The notes beneath the pieces were generated by a model, which saw nothing but the letters and a program-made list of their open reading frames with translations, did no database searches and was not told the origin of the DNA. Made by a program: the position numbers and the translations under genes. DNA of 64,000 nt from Nemertoderma westbladi (Eukaryota > Animalia > Xenacoelomorpha), in assembly GCA_032718475.1 (NCBI GenBank), contig JAUCBJ010008501.1:62001-126000 (forward strand). Reading direction: 5' to 3'. Shown here piece by piece: positions 15,101 to 26,400 of the stretch (position 1 is the stretch's first letter; each line of letters opens with the position of its first letter).

Positions 15101-18100
15101 GATTTCTCTAATAGTTGTTTCTTTGCGACATTCGGAGTTGAACCAAGGTTTACTGTGTTCCAGCTCTTGTCTACTATTGTGTGTTGTAGAGAGATGTTTG
15201 CTAGTAGATTTCTCTAATAGTTGTTTCTTTGCGACATTCGGAGTTGAACCAAGGTTTACTGTGTTCCAGCTCTTGTCTACTATTGTGTGTTGTAGAGAGA
15301 TGTTTGCTAGTAGATTTCTCTAATAGTTGTTTCTTTGCGACATTCGGAGTTGAACCAAGGTTTACTGTGTTCCAGCTCTTGTCTACTATTTGTGTTGTAG
15401 AGAGATGTTTGCTAGTAGATTTCTCTAATAGTTGTTTCTTTGCGACATTCGGAGTTGAACCAAGGTTTACTGTGTTCCAGCTCTTGCCTACTATTGTGTG
15501 TTGTAAAGAGATGTTTGCTAGTAGATTTCTTTAATAGTTGTTTCTTTGCGACATTCGGAGTTGAACCAAGGTTTACTGTGTTCCAGCTCTTGTCTACTAT
15601 TTTGTGTTGTAGAGAGATGTTTGCTAGTAGATTTCTCTAATAGTTGTTTATTTGCGACATTCGGAGTTGAACCAAGGTTTACTGTGTTCCAGCTCTTGTC
15701 TACTATTGTGTGTTGTAGAGAGATGTTTGCTAGTAGATTTCTCTAATAGTTGTTTATTTGCGACATTCGGAGTTGAACCAAGGTTTACTGTGTTCCAGCT
15801 CTTGTCTACTATTGTGTGTTGTAGAGAGATGTTTGCTAGTAGATTTCTTTAATAGTTGTTTCTTTGCGACATTCGGAGTTGAACCAAGGTTTACTGTGTT
15901 CCAGCTCTTGCCTACTATTGTGTGTAGAGAGATGTTTGCTAGTAGATTTATTTAATAGTTGTTTATTTGCGACATTCGGAGTTGAACAAAGGTTTACTAT
16001 GTTCCAGCTCTTGTCTACTATTGTGTGTAGAGAGATGTTTGCTAGTAGATTTCTCTAATAGTTGTTTCTTTGCGACATTCGGAGTTGAACCTTCTCTAAT
16101 AGTTGTTTCTTTGCGACATTGGGAGTTGAACCAAGGTTTACTGTGTTCCAGCTCTTGTCTACTATTGTGTGTTGTAGAGAGATGTTTGCAAGTAGATTTC
16201 TTTAATAGTTGTTTCTTTTCGACATTCGGAGTTGAACCAAGGTTTACTGTGTTCCAGCTCTTGCCTACTATTGTGTGTTGTAGAGAGATGTTTGCTAGTA
16301 GATTTCTCTAATAGTTGTTTCTTTGCGACATTCGGAGTTGAACCTTCTCTAATAGTTGTTTCTTTGCGACATTCGGAGTTGAACAAAGGTTTACTGTGTT
16401 CCAGCTCTTGTCTACAATTGTGTGTAGAGAGATGTTTGCAAGTAGATTTCTCTAATAGTTGTTTCTTTGCGACATTCGGAGTTGAACCAAGGTTTACTGT
16501 GTTCCAGCTCTTGTCTACTATTGTGTGTAGAGAGATGTTTGCAAGTAGATTTCTCTAATAGTTGTTTCTTTGCGACATTCGGAGTTGAACAAAGGTTTAC
16601 TGTGTTCCAGCTCTTGTCTACTATTGTGTGTAGAGAGATGTTTGCAAGTAGATTTCTCTAATAGTTGTTTCTTTGCGACATTCGGAGTTGAACCAAGGTT
16701 TACTGTGTTCCAGCTCTTGTCTACTATTGTGTGTTGTAGAGAGATGTTTGCTAGTAGATTTCTCTAATAGTTGTTTCTTTGCGACATTCGGAGTTGAACC
16801 AAGGTTTACTGTGTTCCAGCTCTTGTCTACTATTGTGTGTTGTAGAGAGATGTTTGCTAGTAGATTTCTCTAATAGTTGTTTATTTGCGACATTCGGAGT
16901 TGAACCAAGGTTTACTGTGTTCCAGCTCTTGTCTACTATTGTGTGTTGTAGAGAGATGTTTGCTAGTAGATTTCTCTAATAGTTGTTTATTTGCGACATT
17001 CGGAGTTGAACCAAGGTTTACTGTGTTCCAGCTCTTGTCTACTATTGTGTGTTGTAGAGAGATGTTTGCTAGTAGATTTCTCTAATAGTTGTTTCTTTGC
17101 GACATTCGGAGTTGAACCAAGGTTTACTGTGTTCCAGCTCTTGTCTACTATTGTGTGTTGTAGAGAGATGTTTGCTAGTAGATTTCTCTAATAGTTGTTT
17201 CTTTGCGACATTCGGAGTTGAACCAAGGTTTACTGTGTTCCAGCTCTTGTCTACTATTGTGTGTTGTAGAGAGATGTTTGCTAGTAGATTTCTCTAATAG
17301 TTGTTTCTTTGCGACATTCGGAGTTGAACCAAGGTTTACTGTGTTCCAGCTCTTGTCTACTATTGTGTGTTGTAGAGAGATGTTTGCTAGTAGATTTCTC
17401 TAATAGTTGTTTATTTGCGACATTCGGAGTTGAACAAAGGTTTACTGTGTTCCAGCTCTTGTCTACTATTGTGTGTAGAGAGATGTTTGCTAGTAGATTT
17501 CTCTAATAGTTGTTTCTTTGCGACATTCGGAGTTGAACCAAGGTTTACTGTGTTCCAGCTCTTGTCTACTATTGTGTGTTGTAGAGAGATGTTTGCAAGT
17601 AGATTTCTCTAATAGTTGTTTCTTTGCGACATTCGGAGTTGAACCAAGGTTTACTGTGTTCCAGCTCTTGCCTACTATTGTGTGTTGTAAAGAGATGTTT
17701 GCTAGTAGATTTCTTTAATAGTTGTTTCTTTGCGACATTCGGAGTTGAACCAAGGTTTACTGTGTTCCAGCTCTTGTCTACTATTTTGTGTTGTAGAGAG
17801 ATGTTTGCTAGTAGATTTCTCTAATAGTTGTTTATTTGCGACATTCGGAGTTGAACCAAGGTTTACTGTGTTCCAGCTCTTGTCTACTTTTGTGTGTTGT
17901 AGAGAGATGTTTGCTAGTAGATTTCTCTAATAGTTGTTTATTTGCGACATTCGGAGTTGAACAAAGGTTTACTGTGTTCCAGCTCTTGTCTACTATTGTG
18001 TGTAGAGAGATGTTTGCTAGTAGATTTCTCTAATAGTTGTTTCTTTGCGACATTCGGAGTTGAACCAAGGTTTACTGTGTTCCAGCTCTTGTCTACTATT

Positions 18101-21100
18101 GTTGTGTTGTAGAGAGATGTTTGCAAGTAGATTTCTCTAATAGTTGTTTCTTTGCGACATTCGGAGTTGAACCAAGGTTTACTGTGTTCCAGCTCTTGCC
18201 TACTATTGTGTGTTGTAAAGAGATGTTTGCTAGTAGATTTCTTTAATAGTTGTTTCTTTGCGACATTCGGAGTTGAACCAAGGTTTACTGTGTTCCAGCT
18301 CTTGTCTACTATTTTGTGTTGTAGAGAGATGTTTGCTAGTAGATTTCTCTAATAGTTGTTTATTTGCGACATTCGGAGTTGAACCAAGGTTTACTGTGTT
18401 CCAGCTCTTGTCTACTATTGTGTGTTGTAGAGAGATGTTTGCTAGTAGATTTCTCTAATAGTTGTTTATTTGCGACATTCGGAGTTGAACAAAGGTTTAC
18501 TGTGTTCCAGCTCTTGTCTACTATTGTGTGTAGAGAGATGTTTGCTAGTAGATTTCTCTAATAGTTGTTTCTTTGCGACATTCGGAGTTGAACCTTCTCT
18601 AATAGTTGTTTCTTTGCGACATTGGGAGTTGAACCAAGGTTTACTGTGTTCCAGCTCTTGTCTACTATTGTGTGTTGTAGAGAGATGTTTGCAAGTAGAT
18701 TTCTTTAATAGTTGTTTCTTTGCGACATTCGGAGTTGAACCAAGGTTTACTGTGTTCCAGCTCTTGCCTACTATTGTGTGTTGTAGAGAGATGTTTGCTA
18801 GTAGATTTCTCTAATAGTTGTTTCTTTGCGACATTCGGAGTTGAACCTTCTATAATAGTTGTTTCTTTGCGACATTCGGAGTTGAACAAAGGTTTACTGT
18901 GTTCCAGCTCTTGTCTACAATTGTGTGTAGAGAGATGTTTGCAAGTAGATTTCTCTAATAGTTGTTTCTTTGCGACATTCGGAGTTGAACCAAGGTTTAC
19001 TGTGTTCCAGCTCTTGTCTACTATTGTGTGTAGAGAGATGTTTGCAAGTAGATTTCTCTAATAGTTGTTTCTTTGCGACATTCGGAGTTGAACAAAGGTT
19101 TACTGTGTTCCAGCTCTTGTCTACTATTGTGTGTAGAGAGATGTTTGCAAGTAGATTTCTCTAATAGTTGTTTCTTTGCGACATTCGGAGTTGAACCAAG
19201 GTTTACTGTGTTCCAGCTCTTGTCTACTATTGTTTGTTGTAGTGAGATGTTTGCAAGTAGATTTCTTTAATAGTTGTTTCTTTGCGACTTTCGGAGTTGA
19301 ACCAAGGTTTACTGTGTTCCAGCTCTTGTCTACTATTGTGTGTTGTAGAAAGATGTTTGGTAGTAGATTTCTCTAATAGTTGTTTATTTGCGACATTCGG
19401 AGTTGAACCAAGGTTTACTGTGTTCCAGCTCTTGTCTACTATTGTGTGTTGTAGAGAGATGTTTGCTAGTAGATTTCTCTAATAGTTGTTTATTTGCGAA
19501 TTCGGAGTTGAACCAAGGTTTACTGTGTTCCAGCTCTTGTCTACTATTGTGTGTTGTAGAGAGATGTTTGCAAGTAGATTTCTCTAATAGTTGTTTATTT
19601 GCGACATTCGGAGTTGAACCAAGGTTTACTGTGTTCCAGCTCTTGTCTACTATTGTGTGTTGTAGAGAGATGTTTGCTAGTAGATTTCTTTAATAGTTGT
19701 TTCTTTGCGACATTCGGAGTTGAACCAAGGTTTACTGTGTTCCAGCTCTTGTCTACTATTGTGTGTTGTAGAGAGATGTTTGCTAGTAGATTTCTCTAAT
19801 AGTTGTTTCTTTGCGACATTCGGAGTTGAACAAAGGTTTACTGTGTTCCAGCTCTTGTCTACTATTGTGTGTAGAGAGATGTTTGCTAGTAGATTTCTCT
19901 AATAGTTGTTTATTTGCGACATTCGGAGTTGAACAAAGGTTTACTGTGTTCCAGCTCTTGTCTACTATTGTGTGTAGAGAGATGTTTGCTAGTAGATTTC
20001 TTTAATAGTTGTTTCTTTGCGACATTCGGAGTTGAACCAAGGTTTACTGTGTTCCAGCTCTTGTCTACTATTGTGTGTTGTAGAGAGATGTTTGCTAGTA
20101 GATTTCTCTAATAGTTGTTTCTTTGCGATATTCGGAGTTGAACAAAGGTTTACTGTGTTCCAGCTCTTGTCTACTATTGTGTGTAGAAATATGTTTGCTA
20201 GTAGATTTCTCTAATAGTTGTTTATTTGCGACATTCGGAGTTGAACCAAGGTTTACTGTGTTCCAGCTCTTGTCTACTATTGTGTGTTGTAGAGAGATGT
20301 TTGCAAGTAGATTTCTCTAATAGTTGTTTATTTGCGACATTCGGAGTTGAACCAAGGTTTACTGTGTTCCAGCTCTTGTCTACTATTGTGTGTTGTAGAG
20401 AGATGTTTGCAAGTAGATTTCTCTAATAGTTGTTTATTTGCGACATTCGGAGTTGAACCAAGGTTTACTGTGTTCCAGCTCTTGTCTACTATTGTGTGTT
20501 GTAGAGAGATGTTTGCTAGTAGATTTCTCTAATAGTTGTTTCTTTGCGACATTCGGAGTTGAACAAAGGTTTACTGTGTTCCAGCTCTTGTCTACTATTG
20601 TGTGTAGAGAGATGTTTGCTAGTAGATTTCTCTAATAGTTGTTTATTTGCGACATTCGGAGTTGAACAAAGGTTTACTGTGTTCCAGCTCTTGTCTACTA
20701 TTGTGTGTAGAGAGATGTTTGCTAGTAGATTTCTCTAATAGTTGTTTCTTTGCGACATTCGGAGTTGAACCAAGGTTTACTGTGTTCCAACTCTAATCTA
20801 CTATTGTGTGTAGATAGATGTTTGCTAGTAGATTTCTTTAATAGTTGTTTCTTTGCGACATTCGGAGTTGAACCAAGGTTTACTATGTTCCAGCTCTTGT
20901 CTACTATTGTGTGTAGAGAGATGTTTGCTAGTAGATTTCTCTAATAGTTTGTTTCTTTGCGACATTCGGAGTTGAACCAAGGTTTACTGTGTTCCAGCTC
21001 TTGTCTACTATTGTGTGTTGTAGAGAGATGTTTGCTAGTAGATTTCTCTAATAGTTGTTTCTTTGCGACATTCGGAGTTGAACCAAGGTTTACTGTGTTC

Positions 21101-21296
21101 CAGCTCTTGTCTACTATTGTGTGTTGTAGAGAGATGTTTGCTAGTAGATTTCTCTAATAGTTGTTTATTTGCGACATTCGGAGTTGAACAAAGGTTTACT
21201 GTGTTCCAGCTCTTGTCTACTATTGTGTGTAGAGAGATGTTTGCTAGTAGATTTCTCTAATTGTTGTTTCTCTCTCTTTCTAGTAGTTGAACAAAG
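6187..21296. repeat. Satellite array, 106/103-bp unit with occasional 41-bp truncated units (segment 2)
   Basis: Same unit as 1-5314; last unit (21260-21296) is diverged. Confidence 0.98.
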
Positions 21297-21542
21297 TCTA
21301 CAAATAGCCTACAAACCTATTAATTAATTATCCTCTACTCCTTCATATACTTCTGAGTACTGCCGTACTGCCTAGAGCATAGCTGCCTAGTTCTGCTACT
21401 GCACTGCAGTACCGATTGATAATCTTCCTTCACGGCGTCTCGACGCCGTCTTTAATTAATCATTTAATCATAATCATTTTTTTTTTGGTATTTTCACTCA
21501 AAATGTCACCAAGCAAACTAGCGACTTTCATACAGCTACAGG

Positions 21543-24500
21543 ATGATGAGAACCCCGGTCAAGTCTAAAAGCCGGCTGCCGGTGCGAATGCCGATGACGG
21601 GTTCTTCCACCTTTTCGTACGGTCCCTCTGGGGCAATGTCGACGCGGACGACGGAGTCCTCAAGTTCCACCTCTACTCCTTCCGGGGCGACGCCGACGAC
21701 GGGTTTCTCCACATTCTCGTCCGCTCCTTCTGGGGCGACGTCGAAAAGGACGACGGACTCCTCGAGTTCCTCCTCTACTCCTTCCGGGGCGACGCTGACG
21801 ACGGGTTCCTCCACCTTCTCATCCACTCCTTCCGGGGCGACGGCAATGAGGATGACGGTCTCCTCGAGTTCCCCCTCTACTCCATCCGGGGCAACGCCGA
21901 TGACGGTTTCAACCACCTTCTCATCCGGGGCTACATCGCTGAGGACGACGGACTCCTCGAGTTCCTCCTCTACTTCTTCCGGGGCGACGCCGACGACGGT
22001 TTCAACCACCTTCTCATCCGGTCCATCCGGGGCGACGTCGATGAGGACGACGCACTCCTCGAGTTCCTCCTCTACTCCTTCCGGGGCGATGCCGACGACA
22101 GGTTCATCCACCTTCTCATCTGTTCCATCCAGGGCGACGTCGACGAGGGCGACGTCGACGAGGGCTACGTCGACGAGGGCTACGCCGACGAGGGCAACAG
22201 ATTCCTCAAGTTTCTCCTCTACTCCTTCCAGGGCATTGCCAACGATGGGTTCCTCCACCTTCTCGTCCGCTCCTTCATCCGGGGCGACGGCAATGAGAAC
22301 GACTGACTACTCGAGTTCCTTCTCTACTCCTTCAGGGGTGACGCCGACAACGGGTTCAACCACCTTCATGTCCGGTCCATCCGGGGTGACATTGACGAGG
22401 ACGATGGACTCCTCGAGTTCCTCCTCTACTTCATCCGGGGCGACGCCGACGACAGGTTCATCCACCTTCTCATCCGGTCCATCCGGGGCGACGTTGACGA
22501 GGACGACTGACTCCTCGAGTTCCTCCTCTACTCCTTCCGGGACGACGCTGATGATGGGTTCCTCCACCTTCTCGTCCGGTCCTTCCAGGGTGACATCATT
22601 GAGGATGACAGACTCCTCCTCGGTGACCAATGTGGGGACAATGCTGGGTTCACCGGTGTATTTCCCGGGCCCACCAGATGATTTGGGGATCTCCCCCGGG
22701 ACACTCCTTGCTCATCTCCAGGTTACCCCGGCTCAGCGAGGTCCGGGCATCCACACAACCAATGACCTGAGTCGGTTGACCACGCAGCCTGGTCCATTGG
22801 GACCTGTTTCAATGCCATCTGAAACTTATAGTTGTAATTTATTGAATTCTGTAACTGTACCTGCCGTCGTGTCTGTGTCATACTGTAGGCCCCCCTGCAC
22901 TAATTTACCTACAACTACCTTAACCTTATGCTTCCAGCCCGCTTCCTTACCCAATAACCCCACTGTCACTGTCAGCTGTAGCCCAACTACAGTACACATC
23001 ACAACCATGGCAACTGGACAAATTATGGCCCCGTATGCGATTCCCACACCTAACAGCCCTTCACCTTCCGACACATTCGCACTCACTAGGACACTCGATT
23101 CATCTACCATGCTGGACGCCACCTTTTACTCATCCCACACTGACACTCCAGTAACTTCTGATCTGACCACTCACAAGGACTTTACTCCCAATCACCGGAC
23201 CGTCACTGATGGTAACTCTGCATTTTCACCCAAACATCCAAACGTGAACAACAAGCAACTCACTCCGGACAAAGTCATCTCTGGACCCATAACGAGGAGC
23301 AAAGGTCCCCCACCTATTCCACCACCACTCACAAAGTTTACATCGGCAGTTAAGAGGCCTCCGAAGGTGAAGCCTACTACTAGGGTGCCAAAAAGAAAAA
23401 TTAAGTCTCCTGCACAGTGCTATAAGAAACGAGCAGAGCTCCAACCAGCGTCAAAATTACATACTACACCCAAGAATCAACCTCACCAATCTGTGCCCTT
23501 ACCAGTATCCAAGTCAGTCCATACAGTCGGGACTGACTCTCTAGCTTCCCAACCAACAAGTTATCCGGTACTGGCAGCAGTTTTTCAGCCACCAGTAATG
23601 CAGCATCAATCTTCACATCAACAATCACTCGAATTCCAACCAACACCACTCAAGGCTAACCCCCCATCATTCGCTGACACCGTCTGCAATCAAACTCAGA
23701 TATACAGTTCTAATTCTGATGATGTGTCAAATGCGATGTCGCCTATCCAAACTTCCATTCAATCACCATTAGTTGAAGATCTAGGGGATGATGGGGTTTG
23801 GGTTATGAGAAACACTACTACTGCTGTCAGTGCTACTGAGATTCGACCCACCACTGTCACATGCAACCATTACTCCATACCTACCCCTGAGTCCTTTCCT
23901 GGCAGTTCATCCATCCATTCTAGTGCTCATAAGTGTTATGTCCCACTCTCAGGCTCGGATGACTCTGTGCTAATTGAAGACTAGTGTGATGACGGTGCCA
24001 GGAAGGTTCGACCCAACCAATCTGGTGACTGTTTCAGTAAGAATACTCCTAATCCTAAGCAGCTGGCAACATCTGTTATTCCATGCAAACATGAATTATC
24101 TGCTAGGGCGGACCCTTTTGTCTGTGATGGCTTCTTTCCAGACATTAACTGCACTAGAAGCAACGATGAGATTGTTGAAGCTATGTCCAAGCAGCGCTTG
24201 AAGATCGAACCAAAACCCTTCTACCCTATTCCTAATGACACCCTGAAGTACTTTGGCAAAAAGCAACATCTTTCAACATGTATAATTGATGCCTTCTTTA
24301 CATTGTTAGAACGCCAAAGCTCTAAATTAGCTTGTATCCAGGAGGCCTTCTGCCAGAAGTTAAACCAACCCTCTTATGATGCAGCGGCTACGGCTAGATA
24401 CATCACCAGTTACCATGACGTCACTGCTGTGTCCATGATTCTCTTCCCTGAATGTTGCCTCGCTAAGATCCCCGCAAACAATCATTTTATACTGCACATT

Positions 24501-26381
24501 GCCTGTCCTCAAAGCAAGTCTGTATTCACTCTAGACTCCCTGAAGGCGGATTCGACTAGTTCTACGCCCTCTCGCATATGTCACATACTTAATCTGATTG
24601 ATCAATCCAATGGTATTTGTAATAAGCCATGGGCTCCTAAACTCATATCCCGTCCGTTCCCAGGCCAAACAAACAACTATGACTGTGGCCCTTTCATTTG
24701 CCTTTACGCTCTCGCACTCTCGCAAGGACATGATTACTTACGGCCTGAGCACACTAATAGTCCTCTCATGAGGGAGTGGCTACACCATTGTCTGGTTACT
24801 GATGTTCGTATTGACCTGGAGCCTCCCAACATTCCAATAAGTCGGAAGGGTAAGGTAACACATCGCACTGTGAATCTAGTCCCTGGCATTAGCGGGGGTG
24901 GATCTACTTTCAAGAATGGTATCAATGTTGTGAGCCTATGTGACAATCTTGATTACATCTCAGGTCTCCCAAGGAAAGAAGCCATACAAACTATCCTCAG
25001 CAACCCTACAATCGTTACCCCAGCCACATGCGAAAACCTACTCACTAGAATTAGACCACTAATGTCCCCTATTCAAGCTGTCCAGCTCCAATTGCGACAA
25101 CGCATGTCAGAACACGAATTGGCTGTTGATATTTTTGAGCTGCTGCGTAGTCATCATGAGGGTGTTTTCACAGAGGCATGTAGGAAACGCCTCCGGACTA
25201 CAGAGTCTTATCCCTCTGGTGACACCACCATTGATGGAATCAGAAGCGACCTTATAGTGGCAGTTGCTACTATTCAGTCTCGTCTAAGTATCCTTGAACA
25301 GGACAACTCATCACTCAAGGAACGAAATATGTTCCTTCAAGAGGAACTGAACCTTGAAAGGGACTGCAGGATCGTTCTCGAGCAGCGCCTTGTCAAAGTT
25401 GAAAGAGGTTCCCATTGGAATACCAGCCCACAACCTATGCCCCAACCATTGCCACCTGCCCCTAATGCATCCAAGAAACATATACTGCCTCTTACCCAAC
25501 GCAAGGTGAGCTATACCCCTGCTCACTCTCATACGCCTCAAAACGACTCTGAACCATCTGTTGACCAGGTTTCCTGCAGCATTGATAGTATTCATAGCGA
25601 CGAGTATCTGGTGATTGACTCAATCAGCTCCCAACAACCCTCCACTGCCTCCAGTACCTGGGTACATCCCAGTCGCAGGCATGTTTTTGGTGGTAATAAA
25701 TCTTTACAGCAGCCAACAATTTCCACGACAAACTACTACAATCCAATCTCATCCTTAGCTCCTTCCCCAACCACTGCCAACCAAACGCGCACCACATGTT
25801 CACTCCGTCCTAGCTCCAGTTACGAACAAGTGCATCCTCCCAGGTACAGGCACCCCAAGGACCAACAGGAAGCGCCACATTGCCCAGCTCAACAGCCCCG
25901 CAACCCGAGTGCGAGTTATAAGTCCCACTCTACTACTCGCTCCAAAGCCTGTCCTACTGACCACAAGTTACCCAGTACCCAGCGTCGCAGGTCAACTCCT
26001 CGTACGACCCTGCATTGTGCGCAATCTCGTTGCCATCTGAACTTACAGTGGTCTCACCCTGTAACCCCTGAGCCCCATAGACACTCTGATATTATTGTAT
26101 CTGGCATCAATCGGAGACATGGCGAGGAGGATCTGCTACTCTTCCTTATGGACAAGAATATTAAGGCCCATTATATCACCACAAGAATATTAGGGGACAC
26201 CAAGCACATGCAAATCACCATTGACGCCAACAACAAAGTCGCTGTCATGTCTTCCTATTTCTGGCCCCGGGGAATATCATGTCAAGGGTGGATTCCCAGT
26301 AGCGGCAATCAAGCGAACCCCGACCGAGCTTATCCTGGAAGGCAGTCCTGCACTATGAAACAGCCCTGGAAGTACCTTTAA
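21543..26381 (+). pseudogene. LINE ORF1 (~1612 codons, one in-frame TAG at 23982): S/T-rich repeats, Ulp1/C48 protease, coiled coil, RRM-like C-terminus
   Basis: ORFs 21543-23984 and 24183-26381 are in the same frame and 23985-24182 has no stop; motifs NNHFILH, LDSL, QTNNYDCGPF; heptad LSILEQDNSSLKERNMFLQEEL; IIVSGI...FWPRGISCQGW typical of LINE ORF1 ends. Confidence 0.75.
21580..22625. repeat. GC-rich degenerate ~102-bp (34-codon) tandem repeat with an internal 15-bp sub-repeat
   Basis: Recurring ctcctcgagttcctcctctactccttccggggcgacgccgacgac; (agggcgacgtcgacg)n around 22131-22200. Confidence 0.9.
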
Positions 26382-26400
26382 CAAACAGTTGGACTCTGGA

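Noticed and set aside
1-21260. Roughly 200 short ORFs ([11 protein letters not shown].../[10 protein letters not shown]...)
   Set aside because: Translations of the satellite unit from TTG starts; 106 bp is not a multiple of three and there is no coding signal
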